Below are positions 38,187-49,440 of a DNA stretch of 64,000 nt, piece after piece; within the stretch, counting starts at the first letter, position 1, and the number at the start of each line of letters is the position of its first letter. Location of the stretch: positions 15,929 through 79,928 of IMG/VR virus record IMGVR_UViG_3300025849_003059; one strand, 5' to 3'. The notes beneath the pieces were generated by a model. It made no database searches. It was not told where the DNA came from and worked only from the letters and a program-made list of their open reading frames with translations. The DNA is from a virus. The translations under genes and the position numbers were made by a program.

Positions 38187-41100
38187 TTAAATTTGGTCCC
38201 CTGGGTCTGGTCCATCACCACCACCACCACTAGATACTCCAGCTTGATTAATGGTAATAACTCTTGTGAAAGTCTGGCTATCATCTTCTAAATCAAATGT
38301 TGCAGTTCGTGAACTACTACTTGTATTTGCTTCTACATAGACATAAAGGTATGGTGTACCATTTGTACTTTGAGTAGTGGTTTGACTTTGAGTAGAACTA
38401 CCTACACTATTAGATGTACTTACAGTAGCAAAAGTACCACCCGTAGTTCTTGTTATACTCCAATCTTGTGCATCTGCAGTTGAATTTCTATATGCATATA
38501 ATCCAAATGAGTATGTAGTTTGTGATGTTGTTGGTGATAACGTTATTGAAGTTCCTGAAATTGGAGTAGATGAGCCCCCTTGAAACCAATCAAAATCTAA
38601 TGGAGCTCCTAGCTGAGCAAGTGAAACTGTTTCAGTATCCGATGTTGAAGCTTGTGTTAACGTTAAAGTACCTGTTCTTGGTAAATCATTTGAACTAGCG
38701 GTTACTGTTATTGTATTGGAAGTACCCGAAGTACCACTTGTTGTATTAATAGTAAAACCAGTACCCGTTACAGCAGCAGTCCAATCATATGTTGAATTTA
38801 GTGTTACACTTTTATCTTCACCAGTAGATACGAAACTTAAAGAAGTAGGTGTTACTATAAATGTAACAGCAAATTCTTGTATCAAACTAACAGTTTCAGT
38901 ATCAGAACCAGCGTTGTTTGATAAAATACATTCAACTGTACCAGTAAAATTAGATGTAGTTGTGTTATTACCTTGTGGAATTACACCAACAGTATAAGAA
39001 CCCGCGGGTACTCCACTCATTATGGCAACCCAATAATCTGTTATACTGTTTTGAATAGTTGTTTGTGCATTTGTTGATATTAGTTTAAACCTATCTCCAC
39101 CTTGTGAATCACCATATATTCTTGCAGTAGCGGTTGTTTCATTACTACCTGCACTTCTACCAAATGTAATGGTTTGATATTCTGTACTTGTGTTTGTATC
39201 ATCATATGCAAATGTTAATGTGGGTGAAGCACCAGATGGACTCGTAATAGTTGTTACTGGTTCAGTCTCTGGTGGGTCTGATGAATTTTGTGTAAAGTCT
39301 AAAGTATCAATTACCGCACCACCTGGTTTTTGTACTGTTATAGTAAATTGTCTTTGTGATTGGTAATAGTCACCATTTGTATAGTTTGAATACACAGTTA
39401 TTAGTGTAACAGTACCATCACCAGTATCGGTTGATGTTCCATCTATACTTACCCAATCTCCAACCGAACCTATCGATACATAACTTATTGATGCTTCCCA
39501 TTCAGTATTCCACACATCCACTACATCTACTGAAACAGAAAATGATGTACCAATTGCTCCTATTGGTGAACCTTGTGATGTTGAAAGTGATATTGTTTCT
39601 AATGCACCTAATTGAGTTGTTGATTCTTGACCAGAAACACTTCCTCCACTATTTGAATAACCAGTACTTGGTACATCAACAGTAACATCAACTGTACGAG
39701 TTGTATTTGTAGTTACTACTGGATAATATCCTAAACTATAATCAGTACTATAACTTAAAGATGAGATTGTTCCAGTCGTATTAGTTGGTGCAGTTACAAG
39801 ACCGGTGTTTCTATTTACAGCAAATCCACTAACACCTGCATCTGCGTATGTAAATGCATTAATTGCAGGTTGTGTAACTGTTTGAGTTTGATTATTTAAA
39901 TTACCACCAGTATTAGAATATCCAGAAGGTATCCCAATTAAATCAAACTGAACTGTTTGTGGGGTATCTTCTGTTACTTCTAAGAATGTTCCAGTATCAA
40001 TATTAACAGATGAAACATTACCTACTGTTGCTGATATACTACCATCTTGTCCAATTGTAATAGCACCACTCCAATCACTTAATGTAAATGCAGATAATTG
40101 TTGATACTCATGAGTTAAACTAACTATTGAACTATTTGTAATTGTTGTAGCAGGGTTACCATATGATACACTTACACTTAAAACACCAGTAATATCCGCA
40201 CTACCAGTATTTTGTGCAGTTGGTAATACGTTTACTTTAAATGTTGATGAAGAAGGGCTGGTTACATTTGCATTCCACCTATCTCCAAATGGGTTTGATA
40301 CTGTCAATCCACCATCACCTGTTCCATAATCAACAAGTTTAAATCTACCATCTTGTATTCCAGGGTCGTAATTAATGTTAACACTATTAATAGTATTTCC
40401 ATTGTTTGTTATACCTAATGTAAAAGTTTGTTCATAAGATGATAAAATCTCATTATATGCCCAAGTCATTGAAGTTGGACTACCACTAAGTGTTGGTGGA
40501 GATGCACTTACTTGAGATACAGTAAAAGTAATACTAAAATTTGGATTTGAATCAACAGTAACAGTAACCGTTGCATTATAAGTTCCACCAGAAGTGTTTA
40601 TACTATTTGGATAAACAACAAAACTGAATGTTGATTGGGATATACTAAACTTATTAGCGTTTGTACCAGATAAACTGGCTCCCCCAGGACTTAACATTCC
40701 ATAGTTCGAAGCTACATCAATAGTATAACCGTCTGAGACAGTATTCTCATCATAAGCAAATCCTTGTGATATTACATAATTACCACCAAACTCACTTATT
40801 TCATTACCACTTAATTCTATGTAAGGATATTTGCTAACAGTACCAGTTGTTGTTACAGTAGGGTCATCAATATTTGTAGGGTCTACTGTTATTGTTGTTG
40901 TAAGTAAAGATGATGTAGATGAGTTTGCATTACCTTTTACATAAATAAATGCATCTCCAGTACCACTAATAGTATTAGTAACAAACGCACCACTTGACCC
41001 ATTTCTGTGTGAGAAATTAGTATAATCACTCAAAGTAGCATCCCATGTTACTTCTGACTCTGGACTTGTTTCAATTTTATAATACTCATCTTCTCCACCT

Positions 41101-41627
41101 TGATATCCATATGATATAATATTTGTAGGTATGGGTTGTGGTACAATTTGTAATATTGCATCATTATCATCTTGATGAACACTATACGTTATATTAGAAC
41201 TAAGTTCTGGTGATTCAAGTGTAATATTTCCACTTCTTGATGTACCATTTAACGCTTGTTGACTTGTTGTCAATGTAAAAGTTTGATTTGAACCAGATGA
41301 ACCTGATACGATATTAGGAGTAACCCAATCTAAACTATCGGCATTTATAAAAAAATTACCATCAGATGTGTAAGTTATGGTATGTGTTTCTCCTGCAGCA
41401 GATGAACTAACAATTGATGTTGGTGAAATATTATTAATGAATGTTGCAAAGTCATCTAAACTTAATCCATAAAACTCATCAAATTCAATTGGGTCAGTAC
41501 CATCTGTTTCATAAACAACACCAAAAGAATCCGCCGCAGATTCAAAATCAATAGCAGTTTCATCTGCATTTCCTAATTCTTCATTTAGGTCATCAGTAGA
41601 TATTGTTCCTGAGCTTGGTAGTGGCAT
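38187..41627 (-). CDS. Tail-fibre-associated adhesin with Ig-like/BACON-like repeats
   Basis: N-terminus MPLPSSGTISTDDLNEELG is typical of genes next to S74 fibres. S/T-rich beta repeats include SLSFVSTGEDKSVTLNSTYDWTA...RTGTLTLT. Confidence 0.7.
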   Translation of the reverse strand: MPLPSSGTISTDDLNEELGNADETAIDFESAADSFGVVYETDGTDPIEFDEFYGLSLDDFATFINNISPTSIVSSSAAGETHTITYTSDGNFFINADSLDWVTPNIVSGSSGSNQTFTLTTSQQALNGTSRSGNITLESPELSSNITYSVHQDDNDAILQIVPQPIPTNIISYGYQGGEDEYYKIETSPESEVTWDATLSDYTNFSHRNGSSGAFVTNTISGTGDAFIYVKGNANSSTSSLLTTTITVDPTNIDDPTVTTTGTVSKYPYIELSGNEISEFGGNYVISQGFAYDENTVSDGYTIDVASNYGMLSPGGASLSGTNANKFSISQSTFSFVVYPNSINTSGGTYNATVTVTVDSNPNFSITFTVSQVSASPPTLSGSPTSMTWAYNEILSSYEQTFTLGITNNGNTINSVNINYDPGIQDGRFKLVDYGTGDGGLTVSNPFGDRWNANVTSPSSSTFKVNVLPTAQNTGSADITGVLSVSVSYGNPATTITNSSIVSLTHEYQQLSAFTLSDWSGAITIGQDGSISATVGNVSSVNIDTGTFLEVTEDTPQTVQFDLIGIPSGYSNTGGNLNNQTQTVTQPAINAFTYADAGVSGFAVNRNTGLVTAPTNTTGTISSLSYSTDYSLGYYPVVTTNTTRTVDVTVDVPSTGYSNSGGSVSGQESTTQLGALETISLSTSQGSPIGAIGTSFSVSVDVVDVWNTEWEASISYVSIGSVGDWVSIDGTSTDTGDGTVTLITVYSNYTNGDYYQSQRQFTITVQKPGGAVIDTLDFTQNSSDPPETEPVTTITSPSGASPTLTFAYDDTNTSTEYQTITFGRSAGSNETTATARIYGDSQGGDRFKLISTNAQTTIQNSITDYWVAIMSGVPAGSYTVGVIPQGNNTTTSNFTGTVECILSNNAGSDTETVSLIQEFAVTFIVTPTSLSFVSTGEDKSVTLNSTYDWTAAVTGTGFTINTTSGTSGTSNTITVTASSNDLPRTGTLTLTQASTSDTETVSLAQLGAPLDFDWFQGGSSTPISGTSITLSPTTSQTTYSFGLYAYRNSTADAQDWSITRTTGGTFATVSTSNSVGSSTQSQTTTQSTNGTPYLYVYVEANTSSSSRTATFDLEDDSQTFTRVITINQAGVSSGGGGDGPDPGDQI

Positions 41628-41629
41628 TT

Positions 41630-44600
41630 TTATTTATCTTTTAATTGTTTAATTTGTTTTTCTAACTTATTAACTTTTTTAGAAAGTTCTTTTACTGCCT
41701 CAATAAGTAATGGAGTTAATTTTTCATATTTTACACCCCTATATCCATGAGATTTGTTCATTTGAACAATTTCAGGTAAGATATATTCTATCTCTTGTGC
41801 AATTACACCAATATCATGTCCTTCAAATTTATGAACATCAGAGAATCCTTCCTTCCAATCAAAAGAAACTCCACTTATTTCATTTAATTTCTCAAGAGCA
41901 TCAGGTATAAGTTTTACGTTTTGTTTTAATCGTGAATCTGAAGTTGAATATGCTGATATATTACCCGATGCATCTATATGACCATCAACAAAAAAATGAC
42001 CAGTTACAGATAATGCAGGAGTTGATGCATTTGAATCTATTTCTGCAATTATCTTTTTGTTTGCAGATGATACAACTTGGAATCCACCTCTACATATTTC
42101 TGTAAATTGGTTATCTGCACCAGCAGCAACTGTTACACTTGGAGTTGTTAGTTTTGGAGTGTACCATGTTAAAGTTAAACTATCACTTGGTTCATTATCA
42201 TCTACGCCATATATATCAACACTAGATGCAACATTACCAATACCGGTCCTTATCTCATAATATGTATTATTTTCTAAAAGTACATTAAACCTTGCTGTCT
42301 TAGAAGTACTAATAGATAACTCATGAGCTGAAATGGAATTTGTAGATATATTAAATGTTTTAGTAGAAACTAATGTATTTGGATTGGAAGTACTTCCTTT
42401 ATATAAATAAACATATAGAGTTGCACTTACTTCATGATAACCCAATGTAGCAAGAGCATCATCAAATTCCGAGTTTATATGTTTAGAACTTGGACCACCA
42501 CCTGTTATTGTAGCTGCAATTGTTGCAGATATTCCATCTAAAGTAGAATTATTAATATGCATTTGTACATTATTATCTTTAGTGAATATGGTAGAATCTG
42601 AAACTGATAATCCAAATGTTTGAGAATTTAAAACATAATCATAATCAGTATTAGTTGTAGTTGTAGTGATTGCTCCACTAAAAGTGGGTGGTGTTATTAC
42701 AGTAGTTGGTGTTAATGTTGTTGTATTATTTATTACTACTGAAGCAGAATCATCATTTCTAAATTCAATAAAAGGTGTTAAACCAGTCTCTAATAAAAAC
42801 GTATTATTTTCAGTTGATAATTCTGTACCATTAAAATCAAATCCTGCTATTTTACCAGCAGAAGCAGTTATTTCACCTGCTATTTTTAATTGACTTCCAT
42901 TCCATGCCATTGCTCCATCTTCACCACCAAGATAAAAGTTTCCACTATTATCCATGTAAGATTTCCATTCCCCATCTCCACTTGAACCAGATGGTTTATA
43001 GTAATACCCTAAGTTAGTATTTGATAAATGTAAACCACTTTTTACAGGAACATCTATACTTGCAAGAGGGAAGAGTGCATCTGGTCCAAATGACATAGCG
43101 TATTCCCAACCTGATGCTGATACAATACCACCGGGAAATTGTTCCGAACCACTTATAATTCCATCAGGCAATTGTTCTGAACCACTTATAATTCCATCAG
43201 GCAATTGTTCCGAACCACTTATAATTCCAGCGGGTAGGTTGTTACCTAAATCACTACCATCACCCAATGTAATATTTCCACTTATTGATAATGCTTCTCC
43301 ATCCCAAACAAGTTTATTACCTAAAGACATTCTACCAACAGAACCACTATCATCTACATAAAATGGGGTACCTGAACTATTAAAACTGCCAGAACCAATA
43401 TATATTCTATTAGGAAAACTACCACTTTCAGCTGCTAATCTAATACCATTTTGCCCAACACCAAATACATTTGAGATATATCCATTTGTACCACCAATAT
43501 TTGGTGAGTAAATAAATCCTTCATCTATAAATGTATTTCCATCACCATCTTCTAAAGCAGTTGTACCATCAATCACACCTTGTAAATCATTATTTACTTG
43601 TGCTGAAGATGCAGATGCGAAATCTGCGGTACTTTGTGCTAATGAAGCAGAATCTAATGCTCCACTTGTGTAAAGAGAAGAAGTAATTAGAGTTTCTGTA
43701 ATAAGGTCAGGTACATTAGAAAATTGTATCGAACCTCTAATAGTTAATGAATTCCCATCCCAAAGTAATTCATCTCCGAACAATCCACTTTCTATTGAGA
43801 ATGAACCAGTACCGGTATTTCCATTAATTCCTAAGAAAATTCCACTACCAACATTATATCCTTGAGTACCAGTATCGGCCGATTGGTCTATTGAAATCCA
43901 AGGATAATTTGTTCCACCTGCTATTGTAATATTTGCCGCAGAAGTTGAACCACTATTATTTGTACCAATGTTTATTGTGTTTTGTACATATGATTCTGAG
44001 AATATTGCTAATTCTGCTGCTACAAAACGAGAACCACTTCCTAACTCTTCCCAATATGTAGCATTTGGAGGTGTTTGAGCACCAGAATCTGTACCAGGTC
44101 CACTACCTGTTATAGCTAAGTAAAATATATCATTGTATAAAACTGCATCTGCTCTTGATAAAGCATCACTTTCATTGAATGAATAATCTCTACTACCGGT
44201 CCAAAGACCAGTAAACACAAGACCAGGTCCATTAGAACCACTAAGGCCGGGTTGACCTTGTTCACCTTCTCTAACAATGTTGAAATGTGCTTCTCTACCA
44301 AAGAAATATGTAGTTCCCAATTCATCAGTATAATCTACATTAATTTGTAATGATGATGATTCTGTTAACATCGTACCAGGTACACCACCATAATTATTTG
44401 TTGTTGGTGCAACTTCATTTGGTGTAATACCGGAACCAGTTACACCAGAAATTCTGTAAGTGTTATTTCCACCATTATTATCATATGTTATTTCATCACC
44501 CTCTACATAAAGTGTTGTAGAACCACTTGTATAAACATAAGATGATGATGGAATTAGACCACTATAAAAAGCAGGTAATATACCTATTTCGGGTCTTAGA

Positions 44601-47600
44601 ACAAGAACAACTCCACCTAAGAAAGATATTGGGGTTATTGTTGTTGAGTTATCTACTTGAACTCCAAATGAATCTGATGCTGAAAAGGCATATGTTAAAG
44701 AACCTGAATTAATATCGAGTGATGAACCACTTAAGAAATATGTTTGAACACCTGATGTTGAATCATCAGATAAAAGAGTTAGTGGTGGTGCACTTCCAAC
44801 TACTGAAGCAGAATTTGCTGTAATTGTTTCGGTATTTGTAGCTAAATTTTTTCTTTTAACTGTAATAGTAGATACTTGTGTTGATGGGTTTACATTTCCA
44901 TCACTTTGTTTAAACGTGATTACACTTCTATCATTATTAACAATTAAATCTGCAGGTGTAATACCATCTTCTAATCTAAAAATAGTTTCAAACTCTTGTA
45001 CATCATCAACTGAAGCAGTGTAGACTACAGAACCAACATCATAAGTAGTATCACTACCACTAAAGTTTGCAACTGTAAGAAGTGCATTAGTTTCTGTTAT
45101 ATTTGTTAAACCACCAGGATAATCTCCACTATATGTTGATGGGTCTATGTAATTTCCATTTTTATCAAAAGCAGAAGATTCGAATGTTATAGAACCAGTT
45201 AAAGCATTTGTTTTGGAAAAATTAAATCTAGTTTGTTGAAAGTTAGGATTTGCTATTGAACCACTATAAAATCTAAAAGCAGTTCTATCAGTTTCAAATG
45301 TAAGTAATTTAACTACTTCATCACTAACCTTATTACCACCACTAAATTCTTTACTTGCCTTTAATTCAACTGGAATATAATTATTATTTACATCGTATAA
45401 CTCAAAACGATAATCAAATGTTTCTACTGGTAATGTTCTATCTTGTTCATCAAATACATCAAAAACTTTTGGTGAAAATGATGCATCTTGTGAAGGTTTT
45501 AAATCTACACTAGCTATTTGCCAACCATCCCCTCTAAACGAAAATCCTAATTTACCCGAACCAGAATATGGCATGGTAAACAAATGTTGTATTTGTTGTC
45601 TTGAATTAAATGCTGAAGTTGCGGTATATGATACTAAACTTTCATAAAAAGGATTATCAATACCACCACTTGGGTAAGAACCTGTTATATAAGCATTAAT
45701 TGTTTTAGGTACAATAGTATCTGGTTCTTTTAAAGAACGAGAAACAAACACTGCTGGTTCTGTAAACGTAGTTGTATCTGTTCCATTTACTGAAGATGCA
45801 GTATAGATACTATCTAATCTTTCTACTAATACATTTTCCACAATACCATCTACTGTATCAAATACATAAGGAATGTTAAATGTAGTATCTGGTATGGTTA
45901 CATCGGTTGTAATATCAAAATCATCTGTAATATAAGTTCCATCGGTTGCTGTAGTAACAAAAGGATAATTAGATAAATTGTATAATGAATTTCCTGCAAT
46001 TAGTGGAAGTTGTGATGTATAATAATCAGTTGAAGTAACTGAACCAGTTATTGTTGTACTACCAGATAATGGAAATATTTCTCTTGCTTTTAGTGAACTA
46101 AATGAATTCGTACCAATATCAGATATTGCAGTTATTTCATGTAAATTTGCATTTAAAGGTTCGGATGTTCTATTGGTTCTGTAATCAATATAAATAAAGT
46201 GAGAATTACTACCAGATTGTAAATCAAAAATAGCTTGAGAACCAGTTGATAAAAACCAAGTTGGAGTACTTGTAAAATCACCACTATCAATTGAATCTAA
46301 AATAATATTTGTACTGCCAGAATATGATTGTAATACAGATTGAGATGTTGCAGAATTATTATAAAAGAACATTGCATCTGTTTCTACGTTTCTTAATGCA
46401 ATTGCTGCTCTTAATTCTTGTGAAGCAGATTGATAATATTCTATCTGAAATTCAACTGAACCTGTATTTGTTGGTATTGAGGATGACCCACTATCGGTTA
46501 ATAAAACAATATTAAACTGACCGATTGAGGATGAGATTGGATTTGTTGCAGTAATTAATGAATTATAATTTGCAAGAGATGTTTTATAAGTATCACTATG
46601 TAATGTATCATCTACATGAACACTACCAGTTAAAGAACCAGTTGGAAACCAACCAGTAAATACAACATCTTGGTCGTATATATAATCAGTATTATTAATA
46701 TCACTTGAAGATGATATAGATGATGCTACATATATTTGGTCTGATTGTTCTACATAAACATTTTCAATTACATCATTATCATTTCTAAAAATGTATGGAA
46801 TCTGTAATGGTTTTGTAAAATTATCATCAGATGATGATGGAGATGTGAATTCTGTTGTTAAAAAGTTTCTATCACTAAATTCAGTCGATGAGTATGGATA
46901 CCCACTACTTCCATAAATATAATCCCCACCCCTTGGTGGTACTCTTGGTACAAATAATTCAGTAGAACCTGTTGAAATCCAATTTGAACCACTTAAATCA
47001 AATAAATCGTATAAATCATATGAACGTTGTGCTGGTGTTAGTTCTGTGAAATCCAACTCACCAGTAAATACCATTATTCCTTGTTCAAAATCTAATTCAA
47101 CAATATATCCAGTCGTTGTATCACTTCCAATTGTAAGAACTGCTTGACCATTTACTAAACTTACTACTCCACTTAATGTACCATCAGTTGAATTATGTGA
47201 AAACGTTATATCACCAGTATCAAAGTTCATTGAGTTTATTTCGTAGGTAGTTCCATACAAAATATCACCATCAAGAGAATCTAATCTTTTTACATTTATC
47301 AGTTCTGCGTTAAGTGGTTCTATATTTCTTAAAGTTCTATAATCAATATGAACGTAATGATAACCGCTATCATTATAATCTATAATTGTTTGTGAACCAG
47401 TATCCCATGTTGATATAACTGAAGTATCATTATAATCATTTGTATCAATATTTTCCAAAGAATACTCAGTAGATGTTCTAAATGATTCTAGTTCATCTAA
47501 TTCAGTTGAACTGTGTTTATAATAAAATTTAGCATCTGTTCCTATGTTTTCTAATCCAAACAATGCAATTCTTGTTGAGCCAGAATCATATGTTTCAACA

Positions 47601-49351
47601 ATAGTTCTAACATCGGTTGGTGAACCACCAGTTGGTAAAGTAAACGAACCACTATCTAACCAAACTACAAGATTAAACTCACCACAGAAAGACCCTGAAC
47701 GTGCAACTATGTTTGTTTTATTAGAAGAATCTGTTTGTACTCGTGAATTCGTTCCCCAATCCCCACTTGTTGTATCAAATGTTAAAGTTGTATCGTGTGA
47801 ATGTGTATATGCAAATCCACTTGGTATTGCTGTATAAACTGAACCTGTTGAGTTTTGTGGAGTATCAAAAAATGATAATCGTGTATCATCATAAACTAAT
47901 GGTTTGGTTAAATTTACACTAGATGAATTTGGTGTTTCTATTCCACTATAAGAACTTTCAGAAACATAAGTTGGTTCTACTTCAGGTAATTGACTTGAAT
48001 CAAATTGATAAAAGTAAGTTCTTGCATAAGATTCAGAAACAACTGTTGTTTCTCCTATGATTATATCTTCAACCGAACCACTAACTAAAGTTTTAAAATT
48101 TAATTCGTAATCAACATTTTCATATAAATCAAAATTAGTATCAACTAATAAATCAATTGATTCTGTTTGTTGACTACTTGTTGGTACGTTTATTTTTATA
48201 GATTCATATAATAAATCATCATCAAATGATATATCAGTAGAAGAACCACTAATTTGTAAAGATGAAGTTGTCCAATATCTCTCAACATTTCCCGCACTTA
48301 ATTTACCAAACCCACCATCTAATTCAGAACCAGGAACAAGAGGGTCTCTTAAAAGATTTCCTGCTACAATCTTTATTTCATCTTGAAATTTAAAATCACC
48401 AACATCAGAACGTGATTTTTTATATATTTTCATTTTATCAACATTACCAGTAAACGTATCTAAGTTTTTAAGTTTGATTTTACCGAAAGATGCTGTAACC
48501 GCAGAGTTAACTGTTGTTCTCGCAGCAAAATCAGTAAATGTTGTTTCAAAACTTACTGGTGTTGAATTATTTATAATATTGTTTTCACTATCTACAAATG
48601 GTTTATCTACTAGTAAAGTGTTGCTGTTTATAACTTCTTTTATTGTGGCTTCATAATTCAATGATGGGATTTTTATAATATTTTCATCCATCGCTGATTT
48701 GAAATTATTACCACTTTGTTTTTCTAATCTATATAAAGTTCCTGCTCTCCATGTATCTAAATTAGTTCCAACTGGTGGTGTTTCTGCTAATCCAATCAAA
48801 GAACCAGATTGTATTATTTCGGGTGCAGTTTGTTCTACAATAACAGATTCAACCTCTTCTATATCAATTGACGGTTTTTTATAAAATATTACAGGAGTTT
48901 TATTGCTTTCATTTTTATTGATGAAAAAATTCTTTTCCCACTTAACATTGTAAGCACCAACCCATTCTTCGGGTACTGGTTTTTTTAATCCATCTACATC
49001 AAAATAATCTTTTAATTCACCAAGTATGGTGATTTTAGCTGGACCAACTGGTGTTGTTTGATAAACGTGAGAGGAAAGAACAACTGAGTTCCCTTCATAA
49101 TAATCAGGTACACCACGACCTGGTTCTACATAAATAGTACCACCATCTGCATCTACAATTTCTATTTTAAGTTCGGTGGATTCTCTTAAGCATTCAGAAC
49201 CTTCTAATAGAAATAAATTTTTACCTGCAGTAAATATATCTGCAAACTTACTTACTCTAAAATATTCTGAATTTAGTTCTTTATCGGTTATATAAGTGTT
49301 ATAACCACTTAAATTCTCAAATTTGTTACCAACCTTTACTATACACGCCAT
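41630..49351 (-). CDS. Giant tail fibre/spike protein with C-terminal peptidase S74 chaperone domain
   Basis: C-terminal SDSRLKQNV...ALEKLNEISGVSFDW...IGVIAQEIE...VKYEKLTPLLIEAVKEL; 2573 aa. Confidence 0.85.
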   Translation of the reverse strand: MACIVKVGNKFENLSGYNTYITDKELNSEYFRVSKFADIFTAGKNLFLLEGSECLRESTELKIEIVDADGGTIYVEPGRGVPDYYEGNSVVLSSHVYQTTPVGPAKITILGELKDYFDVDGLKKPVPEEWVGAYNVKWEKNFFINKNESNKTPVIFYKKPSIDIEEVESVIVEQTAPEIIQSGSLIGLAETPPVGTNLDTWRAGTLYRLEKQSGNNFKSAMDENIIKIPSLNYEATIKEVINSNTLLVDKPFVDSENNIINNSTPVSFETTFTDFAARTTVNSAVTASFGKIKLKNLDTFTGNVDKMKIYKKSRSDVGDFKFQDEIKIVAGNLLRDPLVPGSELDGGFGKLSAGNVERYWTTSSLQISGSSTDISFDDDLLYESIKINVPTSSQQTESIDLLVDTNFDLYENVDYELNFKTLVSGSVEDIIIGETTVVSESYARTYFYQFDSSQLPEVEPTYVSESSYSGIETPNSSSVNLTKPLVYDDTRLSFFDTPQNSTGSVYTAIPSGFAYTHSHDTTLTFDTTSGDWGTNSRVQTDSSNKTNIVARSGSFCGEFNLVVWLDSGSFTLPTGGSPTDVRTIVETYDSGSTRIALFGLENIGTDAKFYYKHSSTELDELESFRTSTEYSLENIDTNDYNDTSVISTWDTGSQTIIDYNDSGYHYVHIDYRTLRNIEPLNAELINVKRLDSLDGDILYGTTYEINSMNFDTGDITFSHNSTDGTLSGVVSLVNGQAVLTIGSDTTTGYIVELDFEQGIMVFTGELDFTELTPAQRSYDLYDLFDLSGSNWISTGSTELFVPRVPPRGGDYIYGSSGYPYSSTEFSDRNFLTTEFTSPSSSDDNFTKPLQIPYIFRNDNDVIENVYVEQSDQIYVASSISSSSDINNTDYIYDQDVVFTGWFPTGSLTGSVHVDDTLHSDTYKTSLANYNSLITATNPISSSIGQFNIVLLTDSGSSSIPTNTGSVEFQIEYYQSASQELRAAIALRNVETDAMFFYNNSATSQSVLQSYSGSTNIILDSIDSGDFTSTPTWFLSTGSQAIFDLQSGSNSHFIYIDYRTNRTSEPLNANLHEITAISDIGTNSFSSLKAREIFPLSGSTTITGSVTSTDYYTSQLPLIAGNSLYNLSNYPFVTTATDGTYITDDFDITTDVTIPDTTFNIPYVFDTVDGIVENVLVERLDSIYTASSVNGTDTTTFTEPAVFVSRSLKEPDTIVPKTINAYITGSYPSGGIDNPFYESLVSYTATSAFNSRQQIQHLFTMPYSGSGKLGFSFRGDGWQIASVDLKPSQDASFSPKVFDVFDEQDRTLPVETFDYRFELYDVNNNYIPVELKASKEFSGGNKVSDEVVKLLTFETDRTAFRFYSGSIANPNFQQTRFNFSKTNALTGSITFESSAFDKNGNYIDPSTYSGDYPGGLTNITETNALLTVANFSGSDTTYDVGSVVYTASVDDVQEFETIFRLEDGITPADLIVNNDRSVITFKQSDGNVNPSTQVSTITVKRKNLATNTETITANSASVVGSAPPLTLLSDDSTSGVQTYFLSGSSLDINSGSLTYAFSASDSFGVQVDNSTTITPISFLGGVVLVLRPEIGILPAFYSGLIPSSSYVYTSGSTTLYVEGDEITYDNNGGNNTYRISGVTGSGITPNEVAPTTNNYGGVPGTMLTESSSLQINVDYTDELGTTYFFGREAHFNIVREGEQGQPGLSGSNGPGLVFTGLWTGSRDYSFNESDALSRADAVLYNDIFYLAITGSGPGTDSGAQTPPNATYWEELGSGSRFVAAELAIFSESYVQNTINIGTNNSGSTSAANITIAGGTNYPWISIDQSADTGTQGYNVGSGIFLGINGNTGTGSFSIESGLFGDELLWDGNSLTIRGSIQFSNVPDLITETLITSSLYTSGALDSASLAQSTADFASASSAQVNNDLQGVIDGTTALEDGDGNTFIDEGFIYSPNIGGTNGYISNVFGVGQNGIRLAAESGSFPNRIYIGSGSFNSSGTPFYVDDSGSVGRMSLGNKLVWDGEALSISGNITLGDGSDLGNNLPAGIISGSEQLPDGIISGSEQLPDGIISGSEQFPGGIVSASGWEYAMSFGPDALFPLASIDVPVKSGLHLSNTNLGYYYKPSGSSGDGEWKSYMDNSGNFYLGGEDGAMAWNGSQLKIAGEITASAGKIAGFDFNGTELSTENNTFLLETGLTPFIEFRNDDSASVVINNTTTLTPTTVITPPTFSGAITTTTTNTDYDYVLNSQTFGLSVSDSTIFTKDNNVQMHINNSTLDGISATIAATITGGGPSSKHINSEFDDALATLGYHEVSATLYVYLYKGSTSNPNTLVSTKTFNISTNSISAHELSISTSKTARFNVLLENNTYYEIRTGIGNVASSVDIYGVDDNEPSDSLTLTWYTPKLTTPSVTVAAGADNQFTEICRGGFQVVSSANKKIIAEIDSNASTPALSVTGHFFVDGHIDASGNISAYSTSDSRLKQNVKLIPDALEKLNEISGVSFDWKEGFSDVHKFEGHDIGVIAQEIEYILPEIVQMNKSHGYRGVKYEKLTPLLIEAVKELSKKVNKLEKQIKQLKDK
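43139..43237. repeat. Three tandem 33-bp repeats encoding LP(D/A)GIISGSEQ
   Basis: ttgttccgaaccacttataattccatcaggcaa at 43139, 43172 (1 mismatch) and 43205 (diverged 3' end). Confidence 0.95.
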
Positions 49352-49373
49352 ATATAATCCCTATTAATACTTC

Positions 49374-49410
49374 TATAAATATCGTACAAAATAGTTATTG
49401 AATATTTATA
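49374..49410. promoter_or_regulatory. Divergent pair of TATTTATA motifs
   Basis: Minus-strand copy at 49374-49381 faces the tail fibre gene; plus-strand copy at 49403-49410 faces the RHH gene. Confidence 0.6.
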
Positions 49411-49440
49411 TATAGAAATACATAGAAAGTTATAGAATGA
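49411..49440 (+). repeat. Three direct repeats with 10-bp period (xATAGAA), candidate operator
   Basis: tatagaaata catagaaagt tatagaatga; the last unit contains the RHH start codon. Confidence 0.5.

Noticed and set aside
38187-49351. Diversity-generating retroelement or invertible tail-fibre cassette
   Set aside because: No reverse transcriptase, recombinase, template/variable repeat pair or inverted crossover sites were seen
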